Source: Octopus sinensis
Lineage: Eukaryota
Reading direction: 5' to 3'
Length of the DNA: 64,000 bases
NCBI RefSeq assembly: GCF_006345805.1
Contig: NC_043009.1
Coordinates: forward strand, 49,848,001-49,912,000
The notes under the pieces are model-generated. The model made no database searches. It saw only the letters and a list, made by a program, of their open reading frames with translations, and had not been told where the DNA came from. The translations under genes and the position numbers were made by a program. Positions 38,957-53,579 of this stretch are shown here, piece by piece. Numbering within the stretch: position 1 is the first letter of the stretch; each line of letters opens with the position of its first letter.

Positions 38957-39719
38957 TTTCTGCATGTATTTCATATTTTATCTCTCACCAGTATTTGAGC
39001 AGCACATTGTTAGTTGATGATCTCTACACAGATGAGGAAAATAGAACATAAATGGAAGGCGTTACATATCAAAGCTGACTCTATTCCGGTTGGGTACTTC
39101 CACAAAGAACTCAGCAAATCAATTTTTTTTTTTGTCCCCACGCCTCTATCTCACTCACTCACTCACTCACTCCTTAACTGCCTGCCTGCATTGCTCCTTT
39201 ACTGACATAAATGCTGGCTAAATCTAATAGTAACATGTTCACTGGATTGTATACCTAGAAATTTGGGAAGTTTTCTTTCTTATAGCATCATTTTCAAAGA
39301 TCTTTGACTTGAGAAGTTATATTTCATACTTCCATAGGCAATTCCATTGAGAAAGAACAAATATAAACAAAGAAACACTATAAGGACATCATCAGCATCA
39401 TCATCATCATCAGCATCACTATTACTTGTCTAATGCCCATTTTTTTTCATGCTTGCATGGTTTCTCTTCTCCATCTACTATATATATGTGTGTGTGCATG
39501 TGTGTGTGTGTTTACACACACATACAAACACACACAAATATGCAGTATACAAACAAACACACACAAATATGCCCACATATCAGTGTGTGTGTGTGTATAT
39601 GCACACACATCCAGATACATATAGGTGTTGCATATTTGCTTGTGAGTATGTGTAAACATTTTGTGTATATATATATATATATACATACACACAGACTTTA
39701 GTTTAGCAGAAGTAGGATC

Positions 39720-40300
39720 AGTGTAGGCAACAGTGGCCTTTGCAAACCCTCAAAGACTGGAGAAATTGATGAGGTGGAAGTTTAGTTTGAACTGCTGTGG
39801 GTGAATGTCAGAGAAAAACTACTGATAGAGGGGGTCATATTCTGGCGAAGTATTATTAGGAAGAATGTTTAGATGTAGAAGATGAAATAACAAAGTTAAT
39901 GAGAGGAGAAGATACGGGTGCACCAGATGTGTTGGTTACAAATATGATTGGTTGCCCGTAATTATATAGAGTAGATTGTTTATTTTCTAGAGAAGAATCC
40001 ATTTAAGTAATTTTAGAAGAAGAGAGAAGAGATGGTACGTGCCTACTACAAGTTGGAAAGTGAATGTTTGGCATTAAAGCTGAAAGGCATTCTTTTGGAT
40101 AGGGTCTAGGAGTGTCTGTGTGAGTAGCTCATATATTCCAATGTGGGTTGCACTTGATATTTGCACTGTATCTACAACTGATTCACATGAATTATTTTCT
40201 GGATCTGAAGAAGCTTAGGATTTTGGCATACAAATTTGGCAATATTATAATGTGTGGTTGCAATGAGGGATCATCAGAAACTGGGAGACAGCCACTCATT
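39720..40300 (-). mobile_element. Degraded CR1/Jockey-like LINE RT C-terminal remnant
   Basis: Minus-strand scraps KYQVQPTLEY and TLLDPIQKNAFQL resemble YKAQVRPxLEY...LLDRIQRRA. Confidence 0.55.
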
Positions 40301-40569
40301 TGTGGTAACATAGATGTCTAAGGTAAAATGAAGAAAACAAAATACTTGCTGATTGAGGAAATAGGGGAAAAATTCACTTAATGTAAATTCATGTGATAGG
40401 TCTCAATGCTAGAATTACGATTGTAATATTGAAGGAGGTTTAGGAAAATATTTTTTCTAAAGTTTCTGTTCAAAGAGTCCACAGATGATTAGCATGAAGG
40501 AGTTAACTTGCAGAAGGTAATACTTGCTTATGGAAGTAAAAGGAAGTGTGATTGATAGTAGCATCCATG

Positions 40570-40790
40570 GAGAGGTACATGGTTTAGTGATTAGAATATT
40601 GGATTCAGGATTGTAAGATTGTGGTTTCAATTCCTGGACAGGGCAATGCAATGTGCTCTTGAGCAAAACATTTTGTTTCACATTGCTTCAGTCTACTAAT
40701 CTTGTGATAGACCAGTGTCCTATCTAAGGAGGAATGTATATAAACCAGAGAAACTGGGGAGCCAGTCCTATGCTCCCTATAGAGTAATGT
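40570..40790 (+). mobile_element. Degraded SINE family D
   Basis: tggtttagtgattag, gtttcaattcctgg, cttgagcaaaac. Confidence 0.65.
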
Positions 40791-41319
40791 GGCCTAACTA
40801 TGTGCAAATAATGTGATTAGTACAGGACTGGGAAATTATGGCTACAAGACCAGGATCTTGAATGTTTTATGAAAGAATCCAGGATTGTGCATTATAAAGT
40901 AAAATTTTTATTCATTACTTATCTTTATTTACATTTTAAATATTTCTAATTACATTTTCAAAATAATTTCATTTTTCCATTATCATTCTCCTCCTAATAA
41001 TTTTATGCTTACTTGCTATGATTGTATGAATTGGACGAGTTATAAAACTGAACCAGTTCTTAGGGTAGCATCCTTTATAGAAGGGTCAGAAACAACAATT
41101 CATTTGTATGTTATATTTTGGTATAGTTTCCATGGTCAGATGTTTTATTAATGCTAACCATTCTATAAACACATATGTGTTTGATAAAATTGTCTTACTT
41201 ATTTTATTGATCCCAAGAGGGTGAAAGGCAAAGTTGACCCTAAAAGGATGAATGGTAAAGAAGACTCTGGTGTAATTTGAATATTAATAACAACAACAAC
41301 AATAATAATGATTATAATG

Positions 41320-41555
41320 ATGATGATGATAATAATGGTTTCAAATTTTGGTCCAAGGCCAGTAAGTTTGGTGGGAGATGTGGGTGGACAAGTCAACTAC
41401 ATCACTCCAGTGCTCAACTGGTACTTATTTTATCAACTCCAAAAAGATGGAAAGTTAAGTCGACCTTGGCGAAATTTGAACTCAGAATGTATAGACAGAC
41501 AAAATGCCACTAGGCATTTTCTCCATTCTGTTGACAATTCTGCTAGCTCACCTTA
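41320..41555 (-). mobile_element. Older family B variant with (ATT)n/(ATC)n end
   Basis: ggtttcaaattttggtccaaggccag...actggtacttattttatc...ttgaactcagaatg...gctagctcacc. Confidence 0.75.
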
Positions 41556-41585
41556 TTATCATTGTCATCATTATTATCATTATTA

Positions 41586-41643
<58 letters not shown>

Positions 41644-41672
41644 CATTATTATTATTGTTATTATTATTATTT
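41556..41672. repeat. (ATT)n tract
   Basis: Direct reading. Confidence 0.95.
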
Positions 41673-42728
41673 CTAACAGTGGTGCAACGAGTTGAAACTA
41701 TCTCCTGAAAGAATGGAAACTTTCATCCATTGCTTATCTGAAGTCCAAACACTATAGACAAGCAGTTATAGCTTCTCTTCTAATATTTTCTCTTGTTACT
41801 ATGGATATCTATAGACTTACCATTCCTAGTATTTTGTTGTGATCTAGTCAGTGTAACCTTTCCAGCCGAAATTTCAGATTATTGGAATTTTGCACAAAGA
41901 AAATTATGATTTCTATATTGTTGTCATACTGTGGGGATGTCATGCTATAAACTCATTCAGAAGAAAAATATATATATATATATATAAAAACCTGTATTCA
42001 TTGTGATTATTACAATGACATTTTCCCCTCCAGGCTGACAAATCTTTAAGTAAGAAATATCCAGCTAAATTTGGAACTTTGATTAATAAAATAGGATGAT
42101 AGAATTTGAGTAAGAAGGTATGTATAATAAAACAACCACGGCAGAATGTCATATAACTTGATATAGTTTGGAAGTCAAACTCTTAATTGAGCAAAGGAGA
42201 GGCAGGAGAACACAAGGCCAAAAAAAAAAAAGAAAAAAGAAAAAAAAAGAAAAGAAAAAGAAAATGTCTATAATTTGAAAAAAAATATTGTAACTTTGTT
42301 AGAATACATTACTGACAGATTTTATTTTCATTGATTTTATTTTTTTCTTTGCAGAGAATATGAAAAGGATATAAAGTTGCTTTGGTTTTATGTAAAACTA
42401 TATACCACTATGCATCAAATGAATTCCTTGTATTTTTACTGACTTGCCTCTCTGCTGACAATCAAGCATAAATGACAATGTATCTGTCATTCTGCCTGTA
42501 TACAAAAGGGTAAAAGCTCACAGTCTGGGTAGTTAATCCTGGTTCTAATTGACAGTGTTGGTCATTATGAATCCCTGACCTTTAAACTTCACTTTTAAGC
42601 ACTTGACCTGCACTCCTCCTTACCAAAGTGACACTAAAGTTGGCTATTGAGCTCTCTATCTAATGGGTGTTTTCAGTAAAACACAGGGGAAAATCTCTGC
42701 TTTCTTCTCCCTCTCTAACAAAACATAC

Positions 42729-42766
<38 letters not shown>

Positions 42767-43036
42767 CATACATACATACATACATACATACATACATGCC
42801 CAAATGTGTATGCACATGTAGCATACATAGCTAATATATAAAAATATACATACTTGTATGCTTATATCTTTATACATACAACATCATATCTTAATCCACA
42901 TTGCTATATACATGCATTAGTTTCTCACTGTATGTGTGTGTGTAGGTACACATGCACACAGTATAACTCATGCACCTTTTCACACATAAGTGATATAAAT
43001 ATACACTCATACATATATACACACACAAAAGCATAC

Positions 43037-43078
<42 letters not shown>

Positions 43079-44975
43079 AATAGAAGAATGGACCAATATA
43101 ATTGGAAAAAAAAAAAATCAACCAAGGTGTCAGTGATTGGTATTCAGTCATTAGTACTGCACTGTATGAGTGACCAATGGTTTAGTACAACAAACTGTAA
43201 ATAGAAGGCACAACAATAGAATTTGTCTTCACGAGAAAGGTAAACACATTGTAAAAATGATGCATTTCCTTAGCTTGCTGTGCTAAATTATATATTTTTG
43301 ATACATGTATATCTAGACAGACTGGGAGGAGAGTTAATACCAACAAACGAAAATCTCTCATCGTGAAGATGAAAGTAATCACATGATAGCTGTTGGATGG
43401 TGTAAATAAATGATTGTGTATATGGCAATAGACAAAAATATACATACACGTATATAAGAGAGAAAAAGTGAGAATAACTGAAGGGCTGTGTGAATTATTC
43501 ACCACCTTAATTAAAGTTTGAAACATGTCAGAAATCGGATGTAAATAACAGTAGAGTTTTTGAGGAATATTTAAATAGCCAGACCATAAAAGCTCATAAA
43601 TTCAGTCATTCCCCCACCACCCATTTCACCACACATGTTAAAGGGGTGTTGAAAAGCAACCCAGCATTTATATTTTATATATACTTGTCCTGAGAGATGG
43701 TATGTTATAGTACACACCTATCGATCAAAAACACAAGTTGGAAGCAACAAAGTTACTAGTGAATGTTAGAAGAAAAGTGAAAGCCAGGTCTCTGTTTTGT
43801 CTTTTGTCTGCACAAAATATATAATTCCATTTAAATAATAAATATTCTTAAAGTGAACTTGAAGGACACCTGTGATTAACTGCCATTTTCTCATGCCACA
43901 GCAAAGTCAGAATTACACAAAAACAAAACAAAACAAAACATAAATAAGCAAAGTAAATTAATCAAATATGTTTTATTTTCTTTCCTTTCAGTATAGTCAG
44001 ATTTACAACCACTGTATAGTGGAGTAGAATTATAGTAAGGACATGAAATGTTGATAGTGAAGACAATAGGTATGCATGTAGCAGAGAAGAAGAAACTAGT
44101 TGAGTGTAAAGCACTGGGTACATAATGCAAACTTCAAACATTGGGTTTAAAACCATATGAGTGTTTAAACGTTATGTAAGAGTTGGTTTATCATTTACAA
44201 AAGGGGTAAAAAAAGGTTTCTGTTAATATAAGTGTAAAGGAACATAAAGCATAAATAGATGATAGCCTGACTCTACAAAAGAAAAGAAAATTAAAATATA
44301 AAACAGCTTCACATGCTGTCTGATTTAACATCACTACCTGATACATGAGTAGATTTAGTGGAGGTCACTCGAGTGCAAGAATTTGGACTAGACACCTGAT
44401 ATCCCATTTTGCATACATTACAGAGATTGAGCTGCAGATGTTAAACTTGTGTATTAACCACATCTCACTGACCAGGTCTGCAAAGGTCATGAGAAGGTCT
44501 GCAAAGTTCATAAGCATTGTCAATTCCTGGCTGATCAGTTTATAATGTAAACACCAGAACAAGTCCTTATGGATAATGAACTAAGGTAAGACTGAAGTAT
44601 ACATAAATATACTGATAAATAGGCCTAGAAAACCCATACAAAGCATGGAAAACTCACTGCCAGCAGATAAATACTTTTTAGTAATGTTAGGAGACTGAAG
44701 ACAAAATTTCCCAAGTTACTGGTAATTAAATGATATGACTGACTTATGTGATATGAATGAGGGGTTGAGTTTTACAATGATATTTACAATAGATATTTAC
44801 ATGGAATTTTCACTTTTATATAGTTATATACCATTGGAAACTCAGCACTGTAAGCTAACAAGACCCAGTTATATGGTGCTGCTATTACTTATAACAGAAA
44901 ACAGAACTGCCCCACCTATTTACAGTCAAATGGCCTCAGTCAATTAAAGTTGTATATCTTTGCCATTGACATAGT

Positions 44976-45367
44976 CATCATCATCATTGTTCGACCGTGG
45001 TCGAGACAATGGAATTTACCATGCTACGCCAGACTTCACGGTCCATCATGACATTACGGAGGTCCTGTTGCTGGATGCCTGTATCCCTGGAGATTACATC
45101 AGGGTAGGAGTGTGTGCGCCCTCTGGTATTGCGAGTAGATGGCTTCCAGAGGAGAAGAGTAGAAATTGCCTCATTTTCAGCTCTACAACAATGTCCAGCA
45201 AACTGGACTCTCCTACCTTTCTCAAGAGATGACACAGGTGGTAGTTTCCCATATATTTGCATTTTGGTTGGATGATGCTTCCACGAGAGATTTTGAGCTC
45301 TCATAAGGAGGCGAGTGTAGGTTCCATCCAACCGCCTCTCAAGCTTCTTTGATAACGTCCAGGTTTC
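44976..45367 (-). mobile_element. 5'-truncated RTE LINE (RT C-terminal region) with 9-bp TSD
   Basis: SETWTLSKKLERRLDGTYTRLL...FAGHCCR...DREVWRS...VEQ*, (TGA)n tail, tgacatagt at 44967-44975 and 45368-45376. Confidence 0.92.
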
Positions 45368-46254
45368 TGACATAGTACTGGTGTCAGTGGAAATCTTTGG
45401 TCAGTAAGAGGACACCCAACTCAGCAGTGGAAATACAGTAAGTTGTTCTGATATTCCTACATAATCAGTAGAATTCCAAAAGACTTGTAGTGGTTGATGT
45501 AACAACAAAAGTGGATGCAGCAAAACCAAAATAAATTATGTTAGAATATCTATGAAGAAAGGAAATATTAAGCAAGTTTTTCAGAGGAAGTCCTTCACTG
45601 GAGAATGAAAGAGTATTATTACAAGAATGAGAGGATATCAGAAGAGCCAATACAATGTTTTTTTTTATTTTTTTTTTTTTTTCCCTAGAATTTCTTTCTG
45701 TGAATAAAGGTTCTAGTCAAAACATTAGATATTTCTTTTCTTCAGAGAACATACTTTTCTTTTTTGCATACTTTTATTACTTTGATATCAAATGTATTTT
45801 CCCAGTAAATAGTTTTATGGCCAGGAGACACAGAATTTGGTTTCACTACAAACTTATTAATTCTGTTTTATTTTACTGTTGTTTCGTGTTTTTTTATATG
45901 CTAGCCTTGGCTAGTAAAAAATGTTTGAAAAAAAAAAAAAATAAATGTATTTCTTGCTACTATCAAATTCCAACATTCCTCTTTAATTTGCATAAAATCA
46001 TGTTAATTTTGATGCAACCAAGCATAGAATATGAGCAAATTTAAAATTCTGATTTATAAAATACTTTTATAGAATAGACAGAAAAAATAAATTATTAGAT
46101 ATTTGCCAAAGAAGAAATATGTTGGCAGCATTAATATACTGGAGTGATTTTGTGAGTAATTTAGTGTTTTAAGCATTTTTTTTTACACATTTATGGAAAA
46201 GAAAATATATACTATACACACGTATACAAACACAATGAGATTAACACGGTAACT

Positions 46255-46445
46255 TAGACTTCGTTACTAAACAAGCTAGGAATAACAGTCAATAGGAATA
46301 ACAGTCAAATCTCCTTCATATAATGAAAGATGGATGCATTGGCTGATGTGGTGTGATAAAAAGATACAGAGTATGGGCATGGCTGGAATGTCTTTGATCA
46401 CTGGACTGCTCATTCAGAGCCTATGTAGGGCTAAACAGCAACAAC
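46255..46445 (+). mobile_element. Family F repeat
   Basis: catggctggaatgtctttgatca...gggctaaacagcaacaac. Confidence 0.65.
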
Positions 46446-46487
46446 TCAAGCATAAATACAAACACACTCCAATACATATACATATTT

Positions 46488-46760
46488 GGAGAGAGAGAGA
46501 GAGAGAGAGAAGGGGGAGTATGACAGGGTGAGAGAAAGAGAAAGAGAGGGGGAGAGAGAGTAGGAAAGGGAGGGAAAAAGAGAAGGAAAAAGGAGAGAGT
46601 GTAGGAAAGGGAGGGAGAGGGGGAGAGAGAAGGTAGGGAGGGAGGGAGAGACAGCGAGCAAGAGAGAGAGAGAGAGAGAGCAGAGAGAGAGAGAGAGAGA
46701 GAGAGAGCAAGAGCAAGAGCAGAGAGAGAGAGCAAGAGAGAGAGAGCAAGAGAGAGAGAG
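46488..46760. repeat. Polypurine (GA/GGGA) tract
   Basis: Direct reading; nearly all purines on the plus strand. Confidence 0.93.
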
Positions 46761-47262
46761 CGGATGTTCTTAGTTTCGAAACACTAGGAAATCTTTTGGT
46801 ATTAGTAGACAATGGCATTCACCCACACAACATTCTTTCATGACATAGCTAAAGAGGGCCCGATCTATGATGGCATCTACTGACACTGAAAGATTGTCCT
46901 GTAATAAAGTGCATGTAACATTTCAGTATTCCGGCTTAAAATACATTTGAGTACTTTACCCCACAGGTGAGTTTCTCTGTTTTTGTTCCCTCTTAGAGGA
47001 AGCGAAAAACTTCACTGACACATACACATATGTATGTATATTATGTTTACTTTTGTATTCATGCATAAAAAGAGAACATATCTTACAACCCTCCCATTTG
47101 TGTGTATGAATGGGTGCATTGTATATATTAAATAGATAAGGTAATAATACAAGAAAGACAACTATGGCTATACAAAGAAAACTCCTTTGAAAGAGTGTGT
47201 GTGGGCAAGAAAAGGAAGAAGGGAAATTATTTTTGATTCCTTTACTGCTGAAAGAACTGGAA

Positions 47263-47294
47263 AGGTCAATGACCAAGGAAAGACAGCCAATCAG
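47263..47294. promoter_or_regulatory. Nuclear-receptor IR1 element plus NF-Y-type CCAAT box
   Basis: AGGTCA-A-TGACCA at 47263-47275; AGCCAATCAG at 47285-47294. Confidence 0.35.
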
Positions 47295-48156
47295 TGATGC
47301 TGAAATAATGACCCATGTAATTGTATATTTTTGATTTTGTTTCTTTTTCTCTCTTTTTATAGGTTTGGTCTAATGGAAGGAAAGGGGCTGTGTCTATTGG
47401 CCTTCACGGGGCAGGCTTTCCGAGAGAAACTTGTAAGACTGAAGCCATTAACGTTCCTTGGGTGGGTGGGGGTGCAGACGGAAAAGATGAATAAATAGAA
47501 TGTCATTTTATAGAATGATTTAGTTGATAAAGATGACGACAGTGATGATTATGATGATACTAAAGTTGCTAATACTGATGATGATGATGATGATGCTGAC
47601 AACACTAGGAGTTGTTACAAGTGCTGTTAACTATTGCTGGTTACGTTAATTGACTGTTCGCAGCAAGTGAAAGCTGACTCACCAGCGGGTTATAAAGGTG
47701 AAACTGGACAAACCTAACCAGATGCACAAACCGACCAACTAAACACCCAGCCAAGAAGTGTCTTCCCCTCACAACAAAAAACAACAAAAAACAAAAAAAA
47801 ATACAATAAAAAAAATAAATAAATGTGTGTAAAGGAATTCAGTTATGCAGAGTTAATAAGTACTTGAAACAGGTTGTTGTTGGAGTGGAGAAAGAAAATG
47901 CATCCATGCGTGATTCCTTAGTGGAAATCTGAATTCTATGAAATCACATATACAAAAAAGGTACCTGATGTATTTGTGTGTGTGTGTGTGTATAACCGCA
48001 TATTAAACACTCCCCTTACATTATATTCACAAAAATGAATTATGTTACTGTTGTGATTGTTGTTATTTATACAATTAATACTTTCTGTCTATTAATTTTA
48101 TTAATAACAACTTTCAACAAAAAGCCAGAAATGCTTCCCTCCACCCACATCACAAG

Positions 48157-48223
<67 letters not shown>

Positions 48224-49124
48224 AAAATAAATCATTATCAACGTCATCACAGTGTAATGTCGTTTTTTAAAAAATTTTTTGGTAGTTGCTTTGTAGTATG
48301 TGTGTGTGTGTTTTTTTTTAAGGAACATTATTATTCAACTTCCTGATGTTGAATAAAAATTTTGAAAATAGATTTATAAAAAATGAACTCTATTTCCTAT
48401 AAAGTTACTTTGGTCTTCCATAATGTGTGAGCGTGTGTGTGTGTGGGGGGAAACATGTGCACACATACACTATACACTGGCAAAAAATTTTTTGAAACAG
48501 AAATATTTATGCAGTTAGAGTCCTCATATACACACGAACACACACACTTGTAATGTGTGTGTATGAGAGAGAGAGAGAGACTAAGTTTTGCTAGAAATGA
48601 GAAAACCTCTCTTGTACTGGCAGTATGGTAAAATGTACTCAGTACACTCAGTAAAATGGTTAGAAATAAGAAGGGCATCAATCAATGGACATCATCCAAC
48701 AACGAAACAAAAATACGAGTATGTCTTTGAATAGAATAAATTATAAATTTATTATTATGATATATTAAAGGAAGGGTCATCTGTAACATTGTGTTTTTCA
48801 CAGGAAAAGCTGTGGGCTATGACATCAACTAGAAGATCTTTGAAAAATCAAAAACCATATTGAAAATGGTAGAAAAGGATGTAGTCTGTACCCTGTGAAG
48901 AAAAGGCTGATACTTAAAGAGTTTGCTGCAGCTAGGGATGTATTTAAATGTTTAGTCTGAAATGTTCAATAAATGTAAACATATCAATAAGTTAACTGGT
49001 CACAACCATCATGAAATACATAGTGTGTTTATGCAGCTATGCAATGCTGAGTGCATCAATGCCAAAATTTTGTATGTGCATATTTTCTTGTGTTACATAC
49101 ATTCGACTCTACAGAAATTCTTAC

Positions 49125-49520
49125 TACTCTTTTACTCTTTACTTGTTTCAGTCATTTGCCTGTGGCCATGCTGGAGCACCATCTTTAGTTGAGCAAATCG
49201 ACCCCCAGGACTTATTCTTTGTAAACCTAGTACTTATTCTATTGATCTCTTTTGCCGAACTGCTAAGTTACAGGAACATAAAAACACCAGCATCAGTTGT
49301 CAAACGATGTTAGGGGGACAAACACAAACACACAAACACGCACATATATATATATACGATGGGCTTCTTTCAGTTTCCGTCTACCAAATCTACTCACAAG
49401 ATTTTGGTCAGCCCGAGGCTATAGTAGAAGACACTTGCCCAAGGTGCCACGCAGTGGGACTGAACCCGGAACCATGTGGTTGGTATGCAAGCTACTTACC
49501 ACACAGCCACTCCTGTACCT
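49125..49520 (-). mobile_element. Full-length SINE family A
   Basis: Reverse complement of the family A consensus. Confidence 0.93.
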
Positions 49521-49964
49521 ACTTTATCTTCTTGCTGAATTGTAACTAAGTTCTATTTTACTTTGTTTCTTTTTATGACTATGGATCTGTACTTTTATAT
49601 TCATATACTTATCCTCTGTTTTAATTCTTCACCTATTAACAGGTTCACTTCAGGGGAAAATTTAATCCTTTAACTAAATTTCAGTTGCCCTCCTTAGACC
49701 ATAACTTGTGAGAATATTTGCATGAAAGGATTTTTTCTGTCCTTGGGAGCTCTGAATACATCAAATGGAAGTGTACAGAATTCCTTCTTGTCTTCAAAAG
49801 ACAAATCACTTTAAAAGATGTGATATGGATATTTACTTGGAATACCATGTCTGATTATGCATATTTGGTCTTGAAGCTGAGTTTTTTGAAGGTCACAGTA
49901 ACAATGGATTGACCAGGTTTTTATAATAATAAGATATCGACTATATAAATCCATAAGTACAAAA

Positions 49965-50300
49965 CATGTATGCATGTATGTATGTAGTATGTATGTATGT
50001 ATGTATGTATGTATGTATGTATGTATGTATGTAGTATGTATGTATGTACGTATGTACGTACGTATGTATGCATGCATGTATGTATGCATGTATGTATCTA
50101 CGTATGTATGTATGTATGTATGTATGTATGTATGTATGTATGCATGCATGCGTGCATGTATGTATGTATGTATGTATGCATGCATGCATGTATGTATGTA
50201 TGTATGTGTGTATGTATGTATGTATGTATGTATGTATGTATGTATGTGTGTGTGTGTGTGTGTGTATGAGTGTGTGCATGTGTGTGTGTGCACATGCGTG
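49965..50300. repeat. (TATG)n/(CATG)n/(GT)n microsatellite
   Basis: Direct reading. Confidence 0.95.
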
Positions 50301-50654
50301 CATGTAATCTTGTTTTGCCTTGGGCCCTAAAATCTTCCTTGAGTTGTAAGAGTTGCTGTCATTAGAAATAGTGGGTTTTACATATATAGAAAATTCCTTT
50401 ATGTGTATGTGTGCACGCATGTGAGAGAGAGAAAGAGATGAGAGAGAGAGAGAGAGAGTGATCTGACAGACAAATTTAACCTTGGGATGATTTGAACTTG
50501 GTCACAAATACCATGAGGCATTCTTACTACTGCTCTAACACTTGACAATCTGTTACTTTATATATATTTATTTATACATCTATCTACATATATGTTACCA
50601 TCGTCATCATACGTATGTATGTGAATACACACTCATATATATATATATACAGAT

Positions 50655-50878
50655 ACATCTGTGGCAGATACTGGTGTCATACAAATGGTACCCATGCCTG
50701 TGGCACATAAAAGTACCCATTACACTCTTGGAGTTGATGGCATTAGGAAGGGCATCCAGCCTTAGAAGCCATGCCAGATCAGACTGGAATTTGCTGCAGC
50801 CTTCCAGTTTGCCAGCCCTGGTCAAACCATCCAACCTATGCAGGCATGAACAATGAATGTTAAAGGATGATGATGATT
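50655..50878 (+). mobile_element. Older family C copy
   Basis: gtggcacataaaagtaccc...ggcattaggaagggcatccagc...gttaaaggatgatgat. Confidence 0.8.
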
Positions 50879-50896
50879 ATTTATATATATAGTCCT

Positions 50897-50936
<40 letters not shown>

Positions 50937-51009
50937 CTCTAAATTTTGTATATATATATATATATTTACACAGGCACACATATATACTTCACATATACCA
51001 CCATACTTT

Positions 51010-51240
51010 TTTTAAGGATCAGACAGAATTTGTTGAGGCAGATCTTATAATAGGTGGATACCATTACTGTTGACGACCCTTACCTTTTTCCAAGCAAGGG
51101 TCTATCTTTCCATACCTAGACATGTTCATTGAAGACTAGAAAAGAACAACTTCACTGTATGATACTGAAGCTGATTTACTACCATCATGTAATGGTCTAG
51201 ACAAAAGCCCATGCAAACACATACTCCCACACACACACAT
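51010..51240 (-). mobile_element. Family E tail fragment
   Basis: ttgttgaggcagat...ccttacctttttccaagcaagg...agacatgttc. Confidence 0.55.
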
Positions 51241-52194
51241 GTACATAGGTATAGAAACATGTGCATGCACGCACACACACGGACACACACACATAAAAAC
51301 AATATCACTCACACACATTGTTAGATGCTAACATTAAGGAGAAACTAAAATTATGGGAAGCTTTTTAAATAATAGTACAATTTGAAAAAAAGAAAAAAAG
51401 CTAAAGATGTTGAAAATCAATTGGGAACCAGTTCATCAGAAGAATAATTTATGCTATGAATTTATTTGAAATAAACAATAAAATATAGTCAATATTTAGT
51501 GTATCCCTCTTTAGTCTCTATTAACGATTAAGTTCTACTCTTCATTATTTATTAATATCAATAAATTTACAGTATTTTAATTCTCCCATATTTCTCACTA
51601 CAGTTCTCCAAAATTTCTTTGATACTATCTGAGAATTTAATTGGTGTCTAGACTGCATTGCCTAGTTCCAGAGTATACATTTATTTTTCCTTCTACTCTT
51701 CATTAACCCCTTTTTATACTGCTGACAATTATCTCTGAATATTGGGGGAAAAAACCCACCAAAAACCACTTTTTATTTTAAAGTGGTCTTATCTAAAATA
51801 CTTTCATTATCATTTTAACTAATAATCTTTAGTTACATTCCAAACATCAGGTTTAATATACCAACAAATGTAAAGGTTAGTTTACTCTGCTGAACCTCTA
51901 TAAATTCTTAATTATTTTCAAAATTATTTAAAATAGACAGTGTATTTCATTAGAAGTAAGGTGCAGAAAAGGTTAACGTAATTAATCTTAATTAGGTAGC
52001 CTGTCATAATACAATAACCTGATGAGGTACTAAATTTTCATTATTCATGGAGCATTTCTGAATTAATTTGATGAATTTCTGATAAAATATTGAGATATTC
52101 AGTCTTTTTAATAATCTCAATTGGCAGATATAATATTCCCAGTGCTTATTAATGCCATAACTTAAGTACACCATTAGATTTGGAGAAATATATG

Positions 52195-52690
52195 CATAGG
52201 TTTGGCTGTGTGGTTAAGAAGTTTGCTTTGCAGCCTTGTGGTTTCAGGTTGAGTTTCACTTTACAGCACATTGGATCCCAGGCCAATCAATTCTTTGTGA
52301 ATGAATTTGATAGACAGAAAGTGTGCAGGAGCCAACTGTGCATGTGTGTGTGAGTGTGTGTGTGTTGGTTTAATTACATCCTTATACCTTTTCAGTTAGG
52401 TAAAGCAAAAGGAGAACAACAGATCAAGCACCAGCATTAAAATTAAGTACTGAGGTTGATCTATTTGAGTAAACCATTCAAAGCATTTCCTTAGCATGGC
52501 CTCAGTCCAATGACTGAAACAAATAAAAGAGGATACACTCTTTTCATTGGCTTTTACTAGTTTCAGATCATACTGGAGCATCACCTTCAAAGATGTAAGA
52601 CAACTATATCAACCTTAGTATTTGACTGGTATTAATTTTATCAATCTTGTCCAAGGATGGAAAGTGAAGTCAACTAAGACAGAAATTATT
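52195..52690. mobile_element. Degraded family A copy (+, 52195-52535) tail-to-tail with a minus-strand SINE fragment
   Basis: ggctgtgtggttaagaag head; gcatggcctcagtccaatgactgaaacaaataaaag, then ttttactagtttcag...ctggagcatcacc. Confidence 0.65.
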
Positions 52691-53579
52691 TGCTTCCAGA
52701 ATAAAACATATTCTCAACCTTAATAACTCCAGTTTGTACATTATGATATTTCCGTAGCACTAACCTCTTTAGCTCTTTCTCATAGTCATTATTATTATGT
52801 GCAGTGATTATGAAGATATCAATTTGATTTAACTCAACTAATTAGTTAGTTTTGAAACAAATTTAATTTTATTTTTAATATTCTGAAAAATTAAAGAAAA
52901 TTTCTGAATTTTTTTTTTTTATTGATCGAGTTAAAAGTTTCTGTTGATTTTTTTGACATAAAAAAAAAATTTAATCAAAATTTGCTCTTAATATTTTTGA
53001 ACATTCCTAATTAGATGATTTTAAAATTTTAATTTAGATAAGTTTATATGGATAAATATTCATACACAGCTTACAACATGTTAGTTTCCAAACTTTTCTT
53101 CTACACATTATCTAATTTGTCTTCAATATTTTGTCTGTGCAAATTATGCTATCAAATAAATGTTTACTCATTTAAATCAGTCTTAATTTTACACTTAATG
53201 AATTACTTTGTAAACACTGTTCCAAAAAGTGCATTAAAAATACATAAAATCTTGGAAAATTCCATTTGAAAACTTTCAGAAAATATTTCAAAATGAATTG
53301 ATTATGGAGTTGGAGTTAAATGCTTGAATGCCAAGGACATGACATAGATTTCATTAACAACTGGAAATTTCTATTTCATATATGCAGCTAATAATGCAAA
53401 CAAGTAAAGCATGAACATCACACAATCTTGTACTCTTTTTGTTTAAATTCAGTGCTGTGAACCAAAATAAAATAGGGAAACAAAAACCTTCAGACTGTTA
53501 GTAAACTACCAATTATATATATTTGATATTATAATTGATTTGAAACCAAAAGATTAAACCAGGCCTACTGACAGGACCC

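Noticed and set aside
44345-44562. RT-like FADL motif ORF
   Set aside because: The repeated motif comes from a 21-bp tandem duplication; too weak to call
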